The notes beneath the pieces were generated by a model. The model ran no database searches and had not been told where the DNA came from. It saw only the letters and a program-made list of their open reading frames with translations. Below, in pieces: positions 1 through 8,820 of a stretch of 64,000 nucleotides of DNA; position 1 is the stretch's first letter, and each line of letters opens with the position of its first letter. The position numbers were made by a program, and so were the translations under genes. The stretch comes from Candidatus Latescibacterota bacterium (GTDB lineage Bacteria; Latescibacterota; UBA2968; GCA-2709665). Location: contig OZ250150.1 of NCBI GenBank assembly GCA_965237675.1, forward strand, positions 2,400,001 through 2,464,000. The letters are read 5' to 3'.

Positions 1-73
1 AGGAAGACAGACGGTCGGGAGCACTGAATTGGGGCTTCGACCCTGTCTTTAGCGCACGATTGCGATATTACGA

Positions 74-213
74 TTGGAGTTGGATTTCTTCGCACTCGGG
101 AAGCGGCTTTCCTTGGGCTTGGAGAAGGCAAGTTCGCCGTCGATCGTGACATCACAACGTCCGCCGCCCAAAGGAATGAGTGTGAAGGCCTGGATATCCT
201 GTTTGAATTCTCA
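74..213 (-). pseudogene. Degenerate partial copy of the Rdx/SelW-family gene at 11615-11851
   Basis: Minus strand reads EFKQDIQAFTLIPLGGGRCDVTIDGELAFSKPKESRFP versus EFKQDIEAFTLIPAGGGRFEVTVDGELAFSKIKEGRFP in the intact gene. There is a 1-nt frameshift after RFP, and the CxxU motif and SECIS hairpin are not preserved. Confidence 0.85.
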
Positions 214-286
214 CGGGAATCCGCCGGTCCGTAGAATCTTCCTGACCTGGACGTCGCGAGAGGCAGACCTGCCATGGTGATCGCGC

Positions 287-3200
287 TTATTGGCCGAAGC
301 TGCTTGCAAAGATCAGAAAATCACTAAACCCAACCGTGCCATTCCCATCCAGATCGAACCGCGCGTCATACGCAGCATCTCCCTGGCTCAGCCCGAACTG
401 CGCCGCGAATTGCAGAAAGTCGGGAAATCCCACGGTACCATCGCCGTCGAAGTCGGTAGTTGAGAATGGGGGCGAGATGTAACGCGCAATATCCCACAGC
501 AGCACCGTGCCGTCCTCCGAGCCGGAGGAGAGCATGGTACCATCCTGCGAAAACGACAGAGATTCGACCGAACCAGCATGCCCTTCCAGGGTGGCGACAC
601 TCTCTTTCTTCACCACGTCCCACAGTTTTATAACGCCGTAAAACGAGCCGGCTGCCAGCAGTGTCCCATCGGGCGAAAACGCCCCTGACTTGATCTGACT
701 CTCATGCTCTTCGAAGGTGGCGATGTTCTCTTTTGTAACCGCGTCCCACAGCTTGACCGAGCCTATAATGTGTCCAAGTTTAACATAATCCGACCCGGTG
801 GCGAGCATCGTACCATCGGGCGAAAACAACACAAAGCCACCGGCAATATCCACACTTGTGTGACCGATGGGTATAGTCGCGGTATTTTCCAGTGTCGCTA
901 CGTCCCACAGGTTGATAAAGCCATCGTAGGTTTTTGAAGCAAGCTGCTTCCCATCTACAGAAAACGACAGGGTGGTTGTGGAAGAAGCAACGGCGGTCTG
1001 TGCCTGCGTCGCCAGGTTCCAGAGAACGATCTCATTAGGCCCCCCCGAAGCGATCGTTGTTCCGTCTGGGGATGGTACGATACTGAAGATCCCACACCCG
1101 GGCCTGAAATAGTCGGTTATAAGCGAAAAAGCACTCGACCCCGGTGGGGCCTGCCACAGCTTGATTTCCTGGTTCGCACCCGAGGCGAGGGTGGTACCAT
1201 CAGGCAAAAAAGCTACGGAAGTGACCGCACTCGTATGCCCTTCCAGGGTGGCTACCTGTGCACCTGTTTCCTCGTCCCAAAGCCTGACCGTTTTATCGTC
1301 GGATCCCAGAGCGAGTATCGTTCCGTCGCCTGAAAACGCCACGGAAGAAACCGCACCGCCTTCCATGAGCTCATCCACAACGCCTCTTGCCGAAACATCC
1401 CACAGGTTGACCGAGCCATCGGAAAGACCCGAGGCGAGCACCCCATCGCGTGAGAACGCCACGGACGTGACTCCTGCAGTAGGTCCTTCGAGGGTAGTGA
1501 CATTCTCTCTTGTCGCCATGTCCCACAGCTTGATAGTGCCGTCGCTTGAAGCCGAAACGAGGGTTTTCTCATCGACTGAAAACGTCACGGAATTGACTCT
1601 GTCCGTGTGCCCTTCGAGGGTAGCGACATTGTTCCTTGTCGCCATGTCCCATAGCTTGATTGTCCAGTCCCAGGACCCGGAAGCAAGAATGGCGCCATCT
1701 GGTGAAAACGAAATGGATGCGACCGGGTACGTATGCCCCTCGAGCATAGCGATCTGGGTGTCCGTCGTTACGTCCCACAGCTTGATCGTCCTGTCATGGG
1801 ACCCTAAAGCGAGCAGCTTCCCGTCCGGCGAGAACGATACGGAGATAGGATCATTGAGATAATTGGATGTGCGCCTTCCTTCAAATGTGGCGACATTGCG
1901 TCCCGTCTCGGTGTCCCACAGCATGATGGTGTTATCCAGGGAACCGGAAGCGAGCAGCTTCCCGTCCGGTGAAAAGGCCACGGACAAAACCCAGTTACCA
2001 TATGCGGAAATAGTAGTGGTCAGTACGCCTGTCACTACGTCCCATAGCTTGATGTTGTCCTGGAAATAGTATCGCTCCGACCACGCGAGGGTGGAACCGT
2101 CCGGTGAGAAGGACATGGAGGTGATCTGCTTCTCGGCGGGAAACAGGACGAGCGGCCGCGACTTCGCCACATCGTAAAGCCAGACGCCAATCTTTGTCGC
2201 CACGGCGAGCTGTTGGCCATCCGGCGAAAAGACAACCGCTCGTCCGTCCAGCGCAAGGCGGCCTTTTCCAAGTCGAGCAGTTGCACCATCCGGTAGATGC
2301 CATGTGCGGAATTCACGGTCCATGCTCGGGGGCGTGACAGGCTCTCCATGGCCCACCGCATGAAATGTCTCGACTGCGGTTTCGCCCAGAGACACTTCAA
2401 CGGCGTTCCTGCCTGGGCTGGGACCGAGAGTAAGGATACGCTCCGCCCGGCCATCGGCATCGGTCGTCACGTTTTCCAGCTTGAAGCGTCCACTGAGCCT
2501 GCCGTCGCCCGCAGTGACGGTAAAGGTGACCTGTGTACCCGGCAGCGGATTGTCGTACTGATCTCTCACTTCCACGACGATGGGAGTTGCCAATACAGAA
2601 CCTGTCGCGCCCTGCTGGTCGTCGCCGGAAATTATATCCAGCGTTTGAGGACGAGGGAGCGTCGATTCAGACGCAACTGCGGAAAGGACAAAATCCGTCT
2701 GGCTCACGTTCCCCGCGGTATCGACGGCCCTGACCTGGATATCATGCCTGGGTCGCGTGGAAAGACTCGTAAAATCACCCTCTATTACAGCACTCGGAAT
2801 GACGCCGTTGTAATCGAAGGTGACGACAGCATTCTCATCTCCCGCCAACCCTCGACACGCTTTCACTTCAGTCCCAGGGAATTTTGCGAACAGGATCACC
2901 TGATAAAGTCCATCCGAATCGCTGACTTCGAGCTGCACGGAAACGCTTTTTTCGCCCTCCGGATAGGTAAGCGGCGAGATCAGTTCGATGGCGGGCGCTT
3001 GCGCCGCTTCAATTGGAACACCCGGGTTGAAATAGGGATGCACGGCAAGAAACTCGGCGTTGCACGCGGACACCTCCGACTCCTGGAGGTTGCCGTACGA
3101 CATGACGTGCGCGTTGGCACGGAAATCATGCTGTAACCCGAAGGTGTGGCCCAATTCGTGGCTGACAACATTGTGGAAATTGAACGGATCCATTTCGTTG

Positions 3201-3346
3201 CTGGTAACCAGAGCAACCCCCCCCTTTTTTCCAATTCGTGTTGCTTTCCCTCCCGCGAACCTGTCAATCACACCCGTTGTATGCACTTTCTTTAGAGCGA
3301 CAAGCAACCATGCGTTGTAATCGCCGGATGTGTCGGCGCTCGCCAC
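287..3346 (-). CDS. Multidomain protein: zinc metalloprotease motif, Ig-like domain, WD40 beta-propeller repeats, C-terminal paired EF-hand/dockerin-like module; probably N-terminally truncated
   Basis: Metzincin motif HELGHTFGLQH; Ig/invasin-like VRDQYDNPLPGTQVTFTVTAGDG; many GH...FSPDG..LASGS.D.TIKLWD repeats; C-terminal DFDGDGTVGFPDF...FDLDGNGTVGFSDF. GTG start with no signal peptide. Confidence 0.9.
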   Translation of the reverse strand: MASADTSGDYNAWLLVALKKVHTTGVIDRFAGGKATRIGKKGGVALVTSNEMDPFNFHNVVSHELGHTFGLQHDFRANAHVMSYGNLQESEVSACNAEFLAVHPYFNPGVPIEAAQAPAIELISPLTYPEGEKSVSVQLEVSDSDGLYQVILFAKFPGTEVKACRGLAGDENAVVTFDYNGVIPSAVIEGDFTSLSTRPRHDIQVRAVDTAGNVSQTDFVLSAVASESTLPRPQTLDIISGDDQQGATGSVLATPIVVEVRDQYDNPLPGTQVTFTVTAGDGRLSGRFKLENVTTDADGRAERILTLGPSPGRNAVEVSLGETAVETFHAVGHGEPVTPPSMDREFRTWHLPDGATARLGKGRLALDGRAVVFSPDGQQLAVATKIGVWLYDVAKSRPLVLFPAEKQITSMSFSPDGSTLAWSERYYFQDNIKLWDVVTGVLTTTISAYGNWVLSVAFSPDGKLLASGSLDNTIMLWDTETGRNVATFEGRRTSNYLNDPISVSFSPDGKLLALGSHDRTIKLWDVTTDTQIAMLEGHTYPVASISFSPDGAILASGSWDWTIKLWDMATRNNVATLEGHTDRVNSVTFSVDEKTLVSASSDGTIKLWDMATRENVTTLEGPTAGVTSVAFSRDGVLASGLSDGSVNLWDVSARGVVDELMEGGAVSSVAFSGDGTILALGSDDKTVRLWDEETGAQVATLEGHTSAVTSVAFLPDGTTLASGANQEIKLWQAPPGSSAFSLITDYFRPGCGIFSIVPSPDGTTIASGGPNEIVLWNLATQAQTAVASSTTTLSFSVDGKQLASKTYDGFINLWDVATLENTATIPIGHTSVDIAGGFVLFSPDGTMLATGSDYVKLGHIIGSVKLWDAVTKENIATFEEHESQIKSGAFSPDGTLLAAGSFYGVIKLWDVVKKESVATLEGHAGSVESLSFSQDGTMLSSGSEDGTVLLWDIARYISPPFSTTDFDGDGTVGFPDFLQFAAQFGLSQGDAAYDARFDLDGNGTVGFSDFLIFASSFGQ

Positions 3347-3467
3347 ACCTCGTACACCGCATTTCCGTCATTACAATCGGGACTACGCCGCGAACTTAAC
3401 AAAGTCGCCAGGGCAGCGAATCGGAGAGCGGCCTCCCATTCACCAGGCGCCGGACCGAGATCGACGA

Positions 3468-4397
3468 TCACGGTTGTTCGGGTTCTGCCGGAATGTGCCT
3501 CGATGTTCTGTCGGCATCGTCGTGACCGTTCCCGTTATCCCAGTGATCCACAATGGGCGGTGGGGGCGTTCCGTAAGAACTCACCGCCGGTTTATTTGCG
3601 CCAACGCCGTCTTTTAACTGTGACAGTCCGCCCATGGTGATCGTACCTCTGCCGCCGGTTGCTATGAAGAAATTCGGATATTTTCCCTTGGCATAAGCTC
3701 CCTCATCTTGTCCGCCGTTGTACCATACTTCGTAGCTCAGCACTGCCAGATCCAACGGGACGACCGGATATTCTTCACTAACCAGCAGGATAACGGCTGC
3801 CCGAAAGTCCTTCTGAGATTGGACGTGGTCGGGAACGCGTGGTCCATGCTCTGCGACGATGTCCTTGATCGTATACGTCTTTATCCGACTCGCGGTAATT
3901 ATCACATTCCCATCGCCGTCTATTACCCACTCCCCCTCTTCATCCAACAAGATTTTTCCATCCTCCGCTATCGTTAGATCAGGTACGTCGTCCGGAGGAA
4001 TGAAGCCCGCCAGGTACAGCTCTATAGGACTATATAGAGGCAATCGGGGAGGCCATCTTCCAATCGAGAACTTCCCATCGCCGAGATTCCTAAATTCCCC
4101 CAAGGGCCCGCCTAGCCATCCCCGCTGGCTGTTAAATCCCCAATGTCCGTACGGTGGCACGATGTAGTTCGCCCAGCGATGCATTAATTCGTGAATCAGC
4201 GTACCGAAGCCTGTAGACCAGTACCCGCCGTATCGATCATAGTGCCCACCAATACCATCATACTGAAAGAAAATCACACTCTGGAGCCTTTCAGAGGATC
4301 CCCATCGTTCGTCGAAGAAAATATCTAAACCAATACCCAGTGCGTCGTTACGGACACCAAGGTGGGCCGCGAAAGGCCAAAGGGATCCTTGTTCTTT
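3468..4397 (-). pseudogene. 3' part of an IS-interrupted secreted metalloprotease-like gene
   Basis: In frame with 6220-6774 once the IS is removed (..FVSNV|KEQGSLWPFAAHLGVRNDALGIGLDIFFDERWGSSERLQSVIFFQYD..); carries the HELMH zinc-binding motif. Confidence 0.85.
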
Positions 4398-4403
4398 AAC
4401 ATT

Positions 4404-6219
4404 GAGTCCACTCCGAGAAGGGGGTTCAGGAAGATTTCGTGTCAGGTGTCAGCGTTGTGTATTGAGATGTAGCGATGCGCGGGGATTGTGCATCTGCGGG
4501 CGGCACATCAACTCAGAGGCAGTTTACAAGGTTGCTCGCCGTGTATTGGGGGAAGGTTGTGCATAAGAATCCCCCCTTATACGGGAAGCATCGGGGGTTG
4601 TGTGAGGTCATTCTGGATCCGAACCAGATTGATCCATAGGCCACGACACCAGGCCCACAATTGGTGTGGCATCAGTCCGCGATAGCGCGTCTTGCCATCT
4701 TTGGTGTAATAGCTCAACTGGAAGATACTGGCTTCGACGTTATTGCGTCGGTTTCTGATGTGGGCAGGCAGGGCTTCAATCTGTTTGCGTTTGAGGTAAT
4801 TGTCGATATGCTGTGGTTTAAAGTATCGGGGTTTGCCATCAATGATGATTTTGTATTTTCCCGGTTTGTATTCTTGGGCAAGCTGAACCTCTCCGCTTTG
4901 TGAGTCGATGACGTCGACGCCTTCTTTTGTCCGTTCATAAACGAAGCGCCCCGGCGTTCCTTGCAGGCCACTGTAATAGAATTGCTTGTCCTGTTTGTTT
5001 GCATACTCAGCGTTGGATTGATCATTATAGGCCCCATCCATCGACACCTCCCGAATCGCACCCACCACCTGTTGTGTCCGCTCGATGGCAGGTTGGACAA
5101 ACGCGTTGTCGGGGGTCGTCGCCGGTTTCACGTCAACATCCGTGACCAAATTGAGATGATCCTCACCGCAGGTCTCGGTGAGGTTGACACTATACCCTTT
5201 CACCTTATCCTCGCCTTTCCTGCGAAAGGCCGCATCTTCATCATGGGCAGACTGCAAGGAGGAGGAACAGATCTCCTTAGGAGGCTTAGGAAGCACCTTT
5301 TTACAGGACGATAAAACGGTATATTGGTCCCCAAAAATACGCACGATCAGACCATATTGATCGCTGTCTTTGTCGGTATAGGTCTCTTGAAGCCTGCTCA
5401 ATAACTGCCCTGATTCCTGTAACTTCTCGCCCTTTTCACCGCTGGTGAGACCATAGACAGCCTGATGGGGCTTCCCCTTGAGCAATGCGTCCAAAACCTG
5501 CCGATTTCTTGCCGATAATCGTCGCTTTTGGTCCTTGTCCAACGATCCCCAGAACGCTTGTAAGCAACTCACCACCAACTGCAACCGACAACACAGGGCA
5601 ATGTTCGAGCCGATCAACTTACTGTCCATTCGGATCTGCTGACCCAACACACCAAAGGCCTTGGCCTGCGTCTTGGTTAAGCTGAAAAAGGTCTCTCCAA
5701 TCAGATCTCGACCCCTTTTCAGTTGATCCGCATACAAAGACTGCTTGAACAGATAATACGTGGACTCCGCAGGCACGTCATCAGACAGATTCATCAACCC
5801 CAATGCCCGCATCACCAGAATGTTGAACCGACAATGCTCGAAAAGTTGGGCATCGCTCCACCCAAAGCCCTCCTTCAAGATCATCATCGACACCAGGTGA
5901 CGAATCGGGGCATTGGGTCGGCCGATGTTGGGATCAAACAACACAGAAAACACATCCTCATCTATCTTTGACGTGATGTGCTGGCAAAACAGATTATGCC
6001 AGGCCGTCGGTTCATTCAACCGGTCCTGTTTAGCGCCTTTGAAATGCGACTCGAAGATGGAAAATAGATCCGGTTGGCTGCATGTGCCGCTTCTTTTAAA
6101 CATCCGTCCTGTCCCTCGCTCTTTTTACCGACCCGTTATCTGAAATATTGTGACTCGTACACACCTCGAATTTAGTACTTTTTCCCGGATAAGTAAATAT
6201 GACTTTTCGGAGTAGACTC
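4404..6219 (-). mobile_element. Insertion sequence, 1816 bp, DDE type (IS1182/IS5-like or ISNCY ISDol1-like)
   Basis: TIRs gagtccactccgagaag (4404-4420) and cttttcggagtagactc (6203-6219) match 15/17. A 6-bp direct repeat aacatt lies at 4398-4403 and 6220-6225. Single transposase ORF. Confidence 0.92.
4577..6103 (-). CDS. Transposase (DUF772-like N-terminus plus DDE domain)
   Basis: 508 aa; GRPNAP...MILKEGFGWSDAQL, RMDSKLIGSNI, SMDGAY, RNNVEASI. Confidence 0.9.
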   Translation of the reverse strand: MFKRSGTCSQPDLFSIFESHFKGAKQDRLNEPTAWHNLFCQHITSKIDEDVFSVLFDPNIGRPNAPIRHLVSMMILKEGFGWSDAQLFEHCRFNILVMRALGLMNLSDDVPAESTYYLFKQSLYADQLKRGRDLIGETFFSLTKTQAKAFGVLGQQIRMDSKLIGSNIALCCRLQLVVSCLQAFWGSLDKDQKRRLSARNRQVLDALLKGKPHQAVYGLTSGEKGEKLQESGQLLSRLQETYTDKDSDQYGLIVRIFGDQYTVLSSCKKVLPKPPKEICSSSLQSAHDEDAAFRRKGEDKVKGYSVNLTETCGEDHLNLVTDVDVKPATTPDNAFVQPAIERTQQVVGAIREVSMDGAYNDQSNAEYANKQDKQFYYSGLQGTPGRFVYERTKEGVDVIDSQSGEVQLAQEYKPGKYKIIIDGKPRYFKPQHIDNYLKRKQIEALPAHIRNRRNNVEASIFQLSYYTKDGKTRYRGLMPHQLWAWCRGLWINLVRIQNDLTQPPMLPV

Positions 6220-6774
6220 AACATTGGAGACGAAAATCAGAAAATCGAATTCATCGCGGAAGCGCCCATAGAATCGCGCCGCATAGTCTTCCAGTGGTGG
6301 CTCATTGCCGAAATCCGGCCAAAGGGCGGCGAGATTTTCTGCTACGGGAAGGACAAATACGTTGTCATTGTAAATCTGCGGCTCGGTAAAATCGGTTGAA
6401 GGCACGTCTTTACCGAAGTTCTGCGCAAAGATCACGAAGTCAGAAAACCCGATCTCGCCATCGCCGTTCAGATCATACTTCGCTTCGTACTTCTCATCAC
6501 TCTCACGTGCGCCAAACACCCCCGCGAAGATGACAAAATCGCCAAAGCCGATCGTACCGTCGCCGTCAAAGTCCGGAATAGACGCGGTATCGTCGCCGTT
6601 GGCATCAACGCTGATCGCAAGTGCCGTCGCGTCCACATCACTTGCATCGGAACCCATAGCGGCGTGATATACGAATGCAAGCAACGCCAGGGCGGCAAGA
6701 CAGATTATGCCCTTCGAGGAAGTCATCATTCGACCCATCCTGATCGTGACTACCGGATTTCTACTCAGACCCAT
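6220..6774 (-). pseudogene. 5' part of the IS-interrupted gene: signal peptide plus paired EF-hand/dockerin-like module
   Basis: Hydrophobic GIICLAALALLAFVYHAAMG; DFDGDGTIGFGDF...YDLNGDGEIGFSDF. The frame runs into the IS end and stops at 6172. Confidence 0.85.
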
Positions 6775-7015
6775 TTAATCTGACGGAACCCGGATGCCGA
6801 GTTACATCACTGCAACCGCCTCGGTTACGGATGTCGACCTCGTTATCGGGTATAGTGCGTCCAGTAATGGTACGCAATGTGAAACCGGCGTTCAACGCAG
6901 TTTGTTTGTCGAATCGTCCGTAATTTGTCCTGGATTCCACCAATTGCGATATGTCGAATGGGAGGATAGATTCGATGGTGGGGACCCCCCACCGTCGCGT
7001 TTCGACGTGCGAACC

Positions 7016-7044
7016 GTAGGGGCAGGTTTCAAACCTGCCCTAAC
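7016..7044 (+). repeat. GTAG-type REP-like palindrome
   Basis: gtaggggcaggtttcaaacctgccctaac. Confidence 0.7.
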
Positions 7045-7146
7045 TGTCCTATGTGCACGGATGCGAGGGACATCGGATACTGTCTGCTGGGTTTCGGCGG
7101 CGAGATCCTCTCTTGAGTGCCCATGCCGGCAGAACGACGTTGAGGC

Positions 7147-7171
7147 GGGCAGACAGGAATGTCCGCCCCAC
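7147..7171 (-). repeat. GTGG-type REP-like palindrome
   Basis: Minus strand gtggggcggacattcctgtctgccc. Confidence 0.6.
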
Positions 7172-7224
7172 CTTCAGGCAAAGTTCCTTAGGGTGTTGGC
7201 GCAATGCTGAAAACGGTGCTTAGA

Positions 7225-7269
7225 CAAACAAAAAGGGTCGAGGCGCGTGGCTTCGACCCTTTTTGTTTG
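7225..7269. terminator. Bidirectional intrinsic terminator-like hairpin
   Basis: caaacaaaaagggtcgagg-cgcgtg-gcttcgaccctttttgtttg: long inverted repeat with A and T tails, downstream of phoX. Confidence 0.75.
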
Positions 7270-7302
7270 ATGGATGATCGGTTAGAAGCGTTTGGAGAAT
7301 CC

Positions 7303-7366
7303 GGGCTGTAGTCGCCCCGGGGCGCGCGATCCGAACAGAATGACACGGTCCGGGCGGACCGCCTCA
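7303..7366 (-). pseudogene. 64-bp remnant of the nucleotidyltransferase (MNT) gene
   Basis: Near-identical to 11206-11268 (AVRPDRVILFGSRARGDYSP) with one extra G causing a frameshift. Confidence 0.85.
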
Positions 7367-7400
7367 CCTGCGGCGCCAGGGACTTGACTGAGGCCTCGGC

Positions 7401-8768
7401 TCAGCCCGTCCAGGGCCCGGTGATGGCCAGGGTGATCCCGGGCGACTGGATGTTGGCGTAGAGCGTGCGGCCGTCGGGCGAGAACGTGGCGCCGGCGAAC
7501 TCGGACTCGTTGAAGGCGTTGCGGCCGAGCTTGTAGATCCGCCCCTCCGGAGTGACCCCCACCAGGTGGTTGTCCCCGCCGCCGTCCTCGCAGAGCACGA
7601 GGTCGCCCCAGGGCGCCACCGTCAGGTTGTCGCAGTTCTCCACCAGGTTGCCGTCGTTGGGCTCGATGAACAGCTCCAGGGTCCCGGGCGAGGCCGTCTC
7701 GTCGGGCGTCCCCTCGCTGGGGCTTGGCTCGTAGCGCCACACCTGCCCCTTCTTCTCCTTGCCGCCGCTGGTGCATGCGAAGTAGACGGCCTCCCGGCCG
7801 TACCACATGCCCTCGCCGCGGGCGAAGCGGGCGGCGCCCTTGTCGAATCCCTGGTTGCGCAGGTTATCGTCCGGGGACTCCACGTCCTCCATATCGACCC
7901 AGGCCGCGGCCAGGCGGTCCCCGGGAGCGACGGTCTGCGACTTGTGGTTGGCCGTGTCCAGGCTCGGCCGGTCAAGGGCCATGAGCGCCTGCAGCCGGCC
8001 ACCGGCCGCGAGACGTCCGGGCTCGTCGGGCAGGTAGCGGTAGATGAGACCGTCGCCGGCGTCCTCGGTCTGATAGACGATGCCCGTCGCCGGATGGACG
8101 GCCACGGCCTCGTGGTTGAAGCGGCCCATCGCCTTCAGGGCCACCGGCTCCACCGGCCCCGTGGCCGGGCCCGCCGGGACCTCGAAGTTGTACCCGTGGT
8201 CCTGTTCGTGGTTGTCGTCGGCGCGCTGGGTCGTCTCCTCGCAGGTGATCCAGCTTCCCCAGGGGGTGAGGCCGCCGGCGCAGTTGCGCACGGTGCCGGC
8301 GAGGCTGAGGTAATGTTTCTCCAGCTCACCGGCGGGGCCGAGCACGAAGGTCGTCGTCCCTCCCTGCGGCGGATCGCCGCGGCCCCAGTCGTAGAACCGC
8401 TCGCGCGGCAGCTTGCCGAGACGCTCGTTCTCATCGCCGAAGGCGCCGACCTTGCGGGCCCCCGCAGTGAGTTCGTGGTTGCAGACCAGCAGGGTCCGTC
8501 CCTCCGCCCCGGGAAAGGCGGCCATGGCGTCGGGCAGCCCCGGCACTCGCAGGCCATCGTCCATCTCGACGCCGGTGCGGGAGATCACCCGGTAGGTGAA
8601 GCCCGCGGGCAGGTCGACGATCCCGCCCGGGTCCGGTCGCATGGGGCCGTAGCCCGCGGCGATCCCCTCCTCGGGGGCCAGCCCCCAGACCACGTGGAGC
8701 TGCAGCCCTTGGAATCCCAACGTGACGGCGGCCGCTGACTTCAGGAACTGTCTTCTGGTGACGGGCAT
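7401..8768 (-). CDS. phoX: Tat-exported PhoX/DUF839-family alkaline phosphatase-like protein
   Basis: Tat signal TRRQFLK; NHE, NCAGG.TPWG.WITCEE, GRFNHEA, RGEG, DNLTVAPWG, SEFAGATFSPDG, NIQSPG. Confidence 0.85.
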   Translation of the reverse strand: MPVTRRQFLKSAAAVTLGFQGLQLHVVWGLAPEEGIAAGYGPMRPDPGGIVDLPAGFTYRVISRTGVEMDDGLRVPGLPDAMAAFPGAEGRTLLVCNHELTAGARKVGAFGDENERLGKLPRERFYDWGRGDPPQGGTTTFVLGPAGELEKHYLSLAGTVRNCAGGLTPWGSWITCEETTQRADDNHEQDHGYNFEVPAGPATGPVEPVALKAMGRFNHEAVAVHPATGIVYQTEDAGDGLIYRYLPDEPGRLAAGGRLQALMALDRPSLDTANHKSQTVAPGDRLAAAWVDMEDVESPDDNLRNQGFDKGAARFARGEGMWYGREAVYFACTSGGKEKKGQVWRYEPSPSEGTPDETASPGTLELFIEPNDGNLVENCDNLTVAPWGDLVLCEDGGGDNHLVGVTPEGRIYKLGRNAFNESEFAGATFSPDGRTLYANIQSPGITLAITGPWTG

Positions 8769-8820
8769 CTACTCGATCCTCCCTCAGTAGTGAACTATCA
8801 AAGATAAGCTTCCTTCCCAC

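Noticed and set aside
17-45. Short matches to 10262-10277 (gggag(c)actgaattggg) and 7249-7260 (ggcttcgaccct)
   Set aside because: The matches are too short to separate from chance without computation; no riboswitch consensus was recognised.
560-2260. CRISPR-like periodic repeats (gtcccacagcttga)
   Set aside because: These are WD40 coding repeats (KLWD), in frame and degenerate, and no cas genes are present.
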